DNA of 64,000 nt, from positions 2,316,616-2,380,615 of the forward strand of contig NC_069002.1 of assembly GCF_001194135.2 (NCBI RefSeq), given 5' to 3'. How positions within the stretch are numbered: position 1 is the stretch's first letter; each line of letters begins with the position of its first letter. The notes below the pieces were generated by a model that worked only from the letters and a program-made list of their open reading frames with translations, did not search any database and was not told the origin of the DNA. A program made the translations under genes and the position numbers. Of this stretch, positions 53,896-64,000 are shown piece by piece. This DNA comes from Octopus bimaculoides (taxonomy: Eukaryota).

Positions 53896-54630
53896 CACTG
53901 ACAGAAAACATTGCAAAATTAGTAACTATAGGTACACACGCACGAATATATATGTATCTATATATTCACACATACACATACAAACAGAGATGCATACATA
54001 TTTATATGCGTATATACATTTACACAGAAACACAAGCACGCACGTACACACGCGCGCAAACACATGTACATATATATACATATACATATATATACATGTA
54101 TAAACATATATATTTAAACATTGTCGATCAACTCAGAGAGCCATTATCCTCCTGGAATCGTATTATTAACAAAACTATTGTACATTGTCTATTTATTACC
54201 CTTTCATGTTTCACTCTCTTTATACTCAAGATGTAATATAATACTATTGATCTGTCCGCTAGGCTGATACCAAAACTCCAATATAATTCCTTGGTTAAAA
54301 GAAGTTATGAGTTTGCGTACAAACTAATATTTAGCTACGGTCTCTTATTGAAACATTTTCATTTCATTTATGACGAAGAGTTTGCTACAATTTAGCCAAA
54401 GTTACTACGAACGACCAATTTGGTCTGTTTGTATATCTATCATTATATTGTCTAATGTCTCCTCAACTTCCGGAAGAACGCGAACTTAGTTTCAAAGTCA
54501 CTTGTATAATGTATACGTGTTAGTTGGTGTTGAGGTAGAGAATAATGCCGATATGCGACGTAATCGGATTCGAAATGTCGCTATTACAAATGACATACTT
54601 TTGATTTGGTATGATTTGTGCATATCAAAT

Positions 54631-54674
<44 letters not shown>

Positions 54675-55409
54675 GTATGTATATGACAGTGTATGCAGGG
54701 ACACGTATATGTCTTTATGAATCGTGAATTAATATCGAAGTTAGTATTAATATATTTATTTCCACACAGAAGTCTTCATTTGATTGCTTTATATTATTTA
54801 CATTGTATCATAGTATTATATATTTCACATACAAATAATCTACAAAAAATAGTAAATACTAACGGCAAACATATAGAAGACCATGGGTGGCTTTGTTATT
54901 TTCTGCGTGTTACAAGATATTGAGGATGAGCTGCACCTCCTCAAGTGACGTTGTTAACTATTACTTAACGCTATAGAGGTTTCTTATTCTGTTTGAGTTT
55001 AGCAGTTTTAAAGCAATCTGATTCCAGTTTTTCGATGCGGAGCTTTAGCCACGGGTCGTTAAAAGGTGAAGATGGCTCCGATGAACAGCAAAGCAATAGC
55101 TATACGTTTTACATTGAAGAGGCATTCTCTTAAGTGAGTTGCCTTATAGTAATTGATAGCTCCACGTAAGTTAGATTTGCCAGAAAGCCATCGAAGAAAG
55201 TACCCGACTGTCTCAGGGAAACCATCTCTTCATTTTGTCTACAGCTTGCTCTAACTACCTTTTTTCTTCTTGAAGTCACTCACAAGGTCGCTAGGGCTTG
55301 TACTTAAAGTTTCTAAGATGACATGCTAAATACCCAGTAGCTAGAATTTTGTCAGTTGGTATTATGCTAGGACTGAGTATACCTGAGAGAACTGATATGT
55401 GCATACATA

Positions 55410-55469
<60 letters not shown>

Positions 55470-55494
55470 TCAATTNNNNNNNNNNGCATACATA

Positions 55495-55554
<60 letters not shown>

Positions 55555-56323
55555 TCAATTCACATATATATCAGCCTTGACTGGAATCAGGTTTAGTTCA
55601 CGTAGTAATGACTGGTTTTGTTTTTATATTGTTTGAGATAGTTATGTATCATCTGAAGAAAGTATCTTTATTACTTCGAATGTAATGTACTCATTAGTCT
55701 ATTAAACAATATCGTGACAAACAGCTATAATGAAGCGACATTTATCCATCATTTCTTATTTATTTTTTTTATTTTTTTATTTTTTCAATATATACATAGT
55801 GTGTGTATATTATGAGACTCCCTGTACTTGTGAAAGCGGAGAATTCTTTACAATAAATCCAGCTTATATGATACTATGCTGCCAGTGTTGTGTGTCCTGT
55901 TCACATCATGACATATTAGCTAGAATTAGGTGGAGAAGAATTTTCGGCAACATATATGCCGGGATAATTGTATACGGCACCACTCAGCGATGACATTATT
56001 ACACCAGCAACTTTATATGTTCCTGATATAATAACAAAATAACATTGATTTGATAATTTTATCAGTGGAGTTGTGGTACCGTTATACAGATTTTTGTCCA
56101 ATGTGGAAGAACCGAACGATGAAACTCCTTATCAGGAAACTGATAAGTACGTACGTGTTTACGACAGAGAGATCGAATTGCATAACAGTAATGGAAAATA
56201 GATAAATAAATATATCAATATATATTGGCCAAAGAAATGGAATATCGAAATTTGTTAATATAGATAAATAAGAACAACCCTACGAAACAGCGATCCAGGC
56301 GTGAAAGAGATTGATAAAGAGAA

Positions 56324-56374
<51 letters not shown>

Positions 56375-56460
56375 CTGTGTGTTTGTGCGCGCGCGTGTGT
56401 GTGTGAGTGTNNNNNNNNNNATGCGTGTGAGTGTGTGTGTGTGTGTATGTGTGTGTGTGT

Positions 56461-56501
<41 letters not shown>

Positions 56502-57585
56502 TGTGTGTGCATATGTACAGGAAGAGAAACATTGATATCTTATGTATGCATGAGATGAAACATGAAAAGAAATATTCAGAAATCATACTCCCTCTCTCCT
56601 TCAACCAATTTCCTCTCTCTTTCTACCTCTCGCCTCTCTCCGCATCTCCTTCATCCACTTTTCTCTCTCTCCCTCTCCCATCTCTTTCTTCTTCTTTTGA
56701 TTTTTTCTCTCTCTCTCTCCTTCACTTTATACACAGGGTTTCGTCAAAATAATGGAGATTCACAATAGTCAAATGGAATTTCTATTATATGATGTGGAGT
56801 TGGTCCAGTTTTCTATGAATCAGGCTTTAAATCCACAAGGAATTGACTCGTTCATTTTTGTGAACGGTTGTTAGGTATGTGACATTAAGAGCCTGATATA
56901 TAAACAATGTCTACAAGTCACTGAGATTGATTGTATTCTGAAATATACACTCGTGACGAAAAATATACGGATTAGTCGAAATTTCTTATACTTTTAAACC
57001 TTCGTCATTTCGAACAAAGTTACTGTATAGAAAACAATTACGGTAATAAGATTTAACGTTTATTTCACGCGAGTTTCATTGATGAAAACTTGTAATACGC
57101 AAGGAATTACCTCACAGTAAGAATACGTTTACAAATCATGAAAAGGAGAGANNNNNNNNNNNNNNNNNNNNNNNNNNNNNNNNNNNNNNNNNNNNNNNNN
57201 NNNNNNNNNNNNNNNNNNNNNNNNNNNNNNNNNNNNNNNNNNNNNNNNNNNNNNNNNNNNNNNNNNNNNNNNNNNNNNNNNNNNNNNNNNNNNNNNNNNN
57301 NNNNNNNNNNNNNNNNNNNNNNNNNNNNNNNNNNNNNNNNNNNNNNNNNNNNNNNNNNNNNNNNNNNNNNNNNNNNNNNNNNNNNNNNNNNNNNNNNTAT
57401 GCATATGTATGTATTTATATAAATATATATATATATATATTTATTTATTTATTTATATAAATATATATATATGTATGTATTTATGTATATGTATGTATAT
57501 ATACATAATTATATATATACACACACACATATATATGTGTATATGTATTTATGTATATGTATATATATATGTATGTATATATATA

Positions 57586-57685
<100 letters not shown>

Positions 57686-57704
57686 TATACACATAGATAG
57701 ATAA

Positions 57705-57757
<53 letters not shown>

Positions 57758-58615
57758 CAGATAAAAAGATAGATACAGTAGGCGATGTATTCCAGCTGGA
57801 GCTTTTACGACATTAACTCATTCCAATGTCATGAGTCACAGACACTTGACACGATACAGTGTGAAGTACGAATAATTACAATTGTCCTCGCAACTGTTAC
57901 AAAAAAAAGAAAAAAAAAAGAAAATAACATTATAATCTCTTTGCATTGTGTACTGCATTGAAATTTTCAGCTGTATCTACATGTTAGTACAATACACACA
58001 CACACACAAACAAACAGAAACATATACACACCACAAAAAATCGATCACACACTCATAAATACTTATACGTATAACCACGCACAAATAGATCTATATTTAT
58101 ATACACATAGCGGAATTGGTGAGAGAAAACATGTTTGTGCCTGCGTGTTTGGAAAAGAAATCAATGTATTTTCTTACATAAATTTCTGTTTAACATACTC
58201 CATTCTCCATTCAAAAGAATTTATATTCCTTTTATTCAATGATTCTATTCTAATTATATTATCTAGTTAAATCTCATTTGAAAGTATTATTCAATTCACA
58301 TATATACCAGCATATGTACAATGCTCAAACATATTTCTCTACATGAAAAGTAAGATCTATATGTGCATCAACATCTGTACGTATATATATCCATACATAC
58401 ATAGAAACACACACACGCATACACGCGCGCGCGCTCACACACGGGCATATATATATATAAATATGAATAGAAATAGAAAGAGAGAAAGAGACGGGGGAGA
58501 AAAAGAACAATGAGAAAGAGACACAGAGAGATTGATAAAAAGAAGTAAAGATGTATATATATATATATATATATACTGGTACGTATGTATATAATTATAC
58601 ACACACACACATACA

Positions 58616-58685
<70 letters not shown>

Positions 58686-58895
58686 GAAACAAGCAAATAT
58701 ATACCGACATATATTTTGTTCGTAACAAACCCGAGGTCTCTGGAAGATTAACAATTGAGAATGGCTTAGGAAAATTGCAAGCTTGTAGTACTAGATATTG
58801 CGTTAAAATTAATGCAGGTTGATGGGGAGTAGGAAAGATGACAGCCAAAACAAATGTAATGAAAGGACCTAATACAACAGCAACAAGAAAAGCTA

Positions 58896-59090
58896 CGGTG
58901 GGTGAAATGCTTATCATCTGCATTTCGTCTGCTCTTACGTTCTGAGTTCAAATTCCGTCGCGGTTGATATTGCCTTTCATCCTTTTGGGTCGATAAAATT
59001 AATACCAGTTACGCACTGCGGTCGATGTAATCGACTTAATCCTTTCCCCCAAATTTGAGGGCTTATGCTCCTACTGGAAGGGATATTATA
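58896..59090 (+). mobile_element. SINE type A
   Basis: gttctgagttcaaattccgtcgcggttgatattgcctttcatccttttgggtcgataaaattaataccagttacgcactgcggtcgatgtaatcgac. Confidence 0.9.
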
Positions 59091-59151
59091 TGCCTATGTG
59101 TGTGTGTGTGGGGGGGGGGTATTGTGGATTTTTATATACATATGTGACTAC

Positions 59152-59215
59152 GGCAATGCTGGGGCACTGCCTTTAGTCGAAGAAATTGACCCCAGAACTT
59201 ATTCTTTGTAAGTCT
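59152..59215 (-). mobile_element. SINE type B 3' part, runs into an N gap
   Basis: atgctggggcactgcctttagtcgaagaaattgaccccagaacttattctttgtaag. Confidence 0.75.
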
Positions 59216-59305
59216 NNNNNNNNNNNNNNNNNNNNNNNNNNNNNNNNNNNNNNNNNNNNNNNNNNNNNNNNNNNNNNNNNNNNNNNNNNNNNNNNNNNNN
59301 NNNNN

Positions 59306-59348
<43 letters not shown>

Positions 59349-60176
59349 TTATGTATATATATACGCCTTCATATAAAGAGTTTTGCAATGTTTTACATGA
59401 CAAAAGTAGGAAAATATTACAAAGAAATTCCTTTAGCTTCGATTTTATATCCTGATGATTTTAAGCCCTGGAATCATTACCCTCACCACATTTGTTATTT
59501 ATCACCATCCTCATCGTCATCACCCTCCTAAGAACGATTCTTGATTTTCGCTTCCTCATAGCGATTATTATCATAATCATGATCCTCGTCATCATCGTCG
59601 ACGTCGGCGTTGTCGTCATCTTCATCATCATCATCGTTATTTTTATTCGTATTCTTGCTATTATTGCTGTTACAGAAAACAAAAAATATATATATTTATA
59701 ATAAAAGGACCACTTTTCGATTTTTTTTTTCTGCATAAGCAAAATCCAAGTCAGATTATAGACATGAGAAAAGGGAAAAGATTGAATACAAATGACAGAC
59801 TTGCAGTTAGTACCCATGCGTTATGGGAGGTTTTGTATGAATAAGAAACTCTCTCCACCAAAAATCTATAATAATTTTTACTGTTTTTATTTGTTTTCTT
59901 TTTATTTTTAACATAGATGTCTTTTTTCCGCTTTTGTATTTTTCCGTCAACCTTCCTTTGTGAACATTCTTTATTCATTTATCGGTTTTCCCTTCGCGTC
60001 TTTGTGAATATATATAATCTACCTATCTGTCTATGCCTGTCTATCTATCTGTCTGTTTGTCCGTCTGTCTGTCTGTCTGTCTTTCTGTCTGTATGTATGT
60101 CTGCCTATTTGTCTGTCCCTCTAATTATCTATCGTCTATATATGTATCTACCATCCTACCTATCTCTCTACATGTA

Positions 60177-60513
60177 TGCGATGAAAAGCTGAATAGTTCA
60201 TGGGCTGACTCTGACAAAGTGATGCCAGAACTGTGAAATCCTTGTTACTAATAAATGTATTGTCGTTTCCCATGTAAATTGATATCAAAACTTCACGTGT
60301 AACTAGTAGCGACATCTTGGGTTTTATCAAGTACCTGCAGAAAAGAGTTTAGCCCGCAAGGGGCTGAACTACTACTAGGGGATTACACTCAAGTTTTACC
60401 ATCAGTGCAAAATGGAGAGGAAGGGAGAGTCCTGATGATGACCCAAGATGTGGAAGTCCTGCACCTGCCACCACTGAGGAAAGCATTAATCATGTTCTCC
60501 ACATAGCGATGGA
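60177..60513 (+). mobile_element. Mariner 5' portion (degenerate TIR plus transposase N-terminus), truncated by a palindrome
   Basis: Degenerate TIR tgcgatgaaaagctgaatagttcatggg resembles the TIR at 8965. Translation gives IKYLQK (60326-) and GRESPDDDPRCGSPAPATTEESINHVLHIAMD (60423-60513), matching mariner GRESLEDDPRSGRP. Confidence 0.75.
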
Positions 60514-60548
60514 TCCATCACTATGTGGAGAACATGGTTAATGCTTTC
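60479..60548. repeat. Loop-less palindrome, 35-bp arms, 33/35 complementary, centred on GGA|TCC
   Basis: gaaagcattaatcatgttctccacatagcgatgga followed directly by tccatcactatgtggagaacatggttaatgctttc. Confidence 0.95.
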
Positions 60549-61327
60549 TTGAGGCGCATGAGCAAGTGGATTTTATTGACTCTAGTATGTGACCAGAAGT
60601 TTACTTCGTCGACGAAAGGCAAACTTCAGCTATGCAAGTATTGAAACCAGAATGCAAATGACCGGTACAAATGCAACTAAGCATTTTGTCTCTGCCCCAC
60701 CAATCTTAATTTGCTTTAACAATGCTATAATTCGCAAATGGAATAGCTGAAGATTATAACAAAGCAGCGAAAATAAAAATATTTCGTTTGGAGTTGTACT
60801 TTGACGAAAATGTCTTATTCGTTCATACTAGTGTACTTTCCAAGTGGAACATAATGACAGGGCTGTAGCTATTGGACATCCGATATATTTACCAATATAT
60901 CTCGATCAACACCCGACTCCTTTTGAACAAAGATGATCACACATTCCTCAATAACAATAACAAAACAATATCAGTGCATAAATAAATAAAATAAGATATC
61001 ATCGATGAATGAATAGTAAATGAAATACAGAGAATAAATATAAAATAAATGAAAAAAATGTAAATAGGCTCCGGTTTTCTATTGAATGCCGAATATCAAG
61101 AAACAGGGGATGAAAGGGAAAATCGAAAAGCCCCAACTATGAATCATTATTACCCTCGAAAGGGGTTTTATATTTCCTCAACTAGAAGGAGGTACAATCA
61201 ATACAGCTATAGATTGACTTTTTTGTTTAATTCAAAATACTTTTAGTTGGGGATATTCTCCTTCATCAGAAACGGTTATCAGTATTATTATTATTAGTAG
61301 TAACAGCAACAACAACAACAACAACAC

Positions 61328-61398
<71 letters not shown>

Positions 61399-62204
61399 TA
61401 ATAATAATAATAATGATAATAATTATGNNNNNNNNNNNNNNNNNNNNNNNNNNNNNNNNNNNNNNNNNNNNNNNNNNNNNNNNNNNNNNNNNNNNNNNNN
61501 NNNNNNNNNNNNNNNNNTATATATATATATATTTGTTTTGCAAGATTTTTGATGTGAAGGAAGGAAACAAAGGACCACTGATGAGGTCACAGAAGTGTGA
61601 CGAAAGAACTCTGGCCGAAATAAGATTAAGATTAATGTAATATAAAGCTGAAGCAAATTAACACCAAATATATATATATATATATATATGCACATGGCTG
61701 TCTCTTCTCGGTCTTTCGCTTACGCAGCGCTGTCAGCCGTCACTGGTAGTAGTAAACACATTTGACCTCCGCTGAACCGAAAGGATGCGAAGATCCTTTT
61801 GTTTCTATGGCTGACCTCTCCACCATCTGCCGAATCTATTTATAGACCTGTAGTGGCTCATTTATACGACAGTCCATCAAACCTTATCACAGAAACTGCA
61901 AATGACATATTTGAAAATATATCCCTTCATATACACAATCGAGATCGTTACCCATAGAATACTTTTGATTTGACTTTTGGTGAATCTGGATTCATCTGAA
62001 GCTACTTATTAACATGCTTGTTTTTGCAATTTAGCTTCTTTTTTTTTTCTTCTTCTAATTTAGTACTTTTCCTTGTTTTCCCCCACTTGAGTGTTTTTGA
62101 AAGTTTTTTTTTTGTTTTGCAATTTTGTGGGAAATTTTAGTGTAGAGTACAATCGATTAGATCAACGCCTCTATTTGACACGAAATTTTTTAACACAGGG
62201 GAGA

Positions 62205-62292
62205 TGAAGGATAAGGCTGACCTCAGTGGCATTAGAACTCACGATTCAAAGAACGTGAGGAATAACGCACGGCATATTTTCCAACGCTCTGA
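62205..62292 (-). mobile_element. SINE type A remnant
   Basis: gatgaaggataaggctgacctcagtggcattagaactca is a degenerate match to the type A core and B box. Confidence 0.45.
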
Positions 62293-63111
62293 AGCACTTC
62301 GAATATAATATCTATTAAATATTCAACGTCCCACTCCGTTTCAACTTCCGTTATTCCCTACGATGTTTCGACAGAGTTCTTTGTATTAGTATGCACTTAT
62401 TGTATATCTTTCTTTACGATATAAATAATAACTAAACGCTATACACTTGTATCCAACATATTCTAATTTAATACATGTCACAAAATCCATTACATTGCTT
62501 TTTATCTTTTAACGTAAGCTATGAGAGCAGTGAGAGATGTTGAAAAGCATCATCGAGATTTCGTTCAAAATATCCATAAGCAGGCAGGCTTTCTAAGAAC
62601 ATTCTTTTCACAAAGTAAAATACTATGTTAATATAGATTATTATTTATCAATATTAGAGATTCTTTGAGGATGTATCGATGTAGATCAATATATCACAGT
62701 GTTTGATATACATATTTATACTAAAATCAATATGTATATGTATTTGAATAGCTCACTGTATTTGATTTGCAAGTGTTCTAATAAGGATTTTGGCAGCAAA
62801 TCTGACTCACCGCCTCAAAAGATATACCGACGTCACGTTTATATTGGATTGCTGCGCCAAACATTTACGCTTCATCTATTTATTTAAGTACCTCATTATT
62901 CAGCACAAGTTAAATATGTATTTTTTTCTATCTGACACTAAGTTAAGTAAAGGATCTATCTATCTCTCTTTCTGTCTGTCTGTCAGCCTATCTATCTATG
63001 TATCTATTTTTCTATATATTCATACATAGATACATACATAAATGCATACATACATACATACATACATACATACATACATACATACACACACACATATATA
63101 TATATATACAT

Positions 63112-63142
<31 letters not shown>

Positions 63143-64000
63143 TANNNNNNNNNNNNNNNNNNNNNNNNNNNNNNNNNNNNNNNNNNNNNNNNNNNNNNNN
63201 NNNNNNNNNNNNNNNNNNNNNNNNNNNNNNNNNNNNNNNNNNNNNNNNNNNNNNNNNNNNNNNNNNNNNNNNNNNNNNNNNNNNNNNNNNNNNNNNNNNN
63301 NNNNNNNNNNNNNNNNNNNNNNNNNNNNNNNNNNNNNNNNNNNNNNNNNNNNNNNNNNNNNNNNNNNNNNNNNNNNNNNNNNNNNNNNNNNNNNNNNNNN
63401 NNNNNNNNNNNNNNNNNNNNNNNNNNNNNNNNNNNNNNNNNNNNNNNNNNNNNNNNNNNNNNNNNNNNTGTATGTATGAAGGTACATAAATATTTTTCTT
63501 TGTGAAAGGAAAAATATTTTTCACCGCCACAAAAACCAACATTCAAAGGAGAGGAAACAGGACAGTAACAGAGAGAGAGGGGGGAGAGATGGTGAGGGAG
63601 AGAGAAGGAGAGAGGGGGTAATAAAGAGACATATAGAGTGACAGAGAAAAAGAAAGAAAGAATAATGTATGAGGAAGTTAGTTTTTTTGTAGCCAGTGTA
63701 TAAAACTTGTAATGGCCCTCTCGTTGACTCGCAATTAAACTCTGTCGTGTTCCACTTTCTATGACATATATAGTCATATCTTCATTTCAAATTCAATATT
63801 AGATCGAAAATGAATACGTGAGCCATACATCAATGGAAAGAGAATATGAGTAATATACCAGCAATATTCCGGCTGATTTTATATTGAATTTATAATCAAT
63901 CATAAAACACAGCATCATTTATTATTTTATGTAATACTGTAATTGAGTTTCAGTTCTTTGTGTGTGTGTGTGAGCATGTGTGTGTTTATGTGTGTATCTG

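Noticed and set aside
55000-55172. Exon candidate with GTGAGT/GTAAGT donors (LKQSDSSFSMRSFSHGSLKGEDG..)
   Set aside because: The frame stops at the first donor and the peptide is unrecognisable; canonical 6-mers are expected by chance in 64 kb.
55401-55560. Apparent 75-bp tandem duplication
   Set aside because: Same 10-N gap overlap artefact.
57940-57962. Resemblance to miR-33 (ttgcattgtgtactgcattga)
   Set aside because: It has several mismatches and indels relative to the mature sequence as recalled, and there is no flanking hairpin.

Overview
AT-rich, microsatellite-dense eukaryotic genomic DNA from a gapped draft assembly, with many N runs. The SINE families and the simple-repeat landscape point to an octopus (inference from recalled consensus sequences, not a database search). 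I found no confidently identifiable host protein-coding gene, rRNA, tRNA or CRISPR array, so the window looks intronic or intergenic. Nearly all long ORFs in the track are artefacts of N gaps or simple repeats. What the sequence does support is: about 20 tRNA-derived SINE copies of three types; three mariner transposase fossils (8965-9126, 38885-39200, 60177-60513); an L1/Tx1-type ORF2 fragment with a YADD motif inserted inside a SINE (50235-50937); and R4/Dong-type restriction-like-endonuclease LINE fragments (16868-17055, 47417-47694, possibly 18430-18800). The most unusual structures are an ~88-bp-arm foldback whose loop is duplicated downstream (30726-31133) and a loop-less 70-nt palindrome that truncates a mariner (60479-60548). 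A few speculative exon-like segments are flagged at low confidence.
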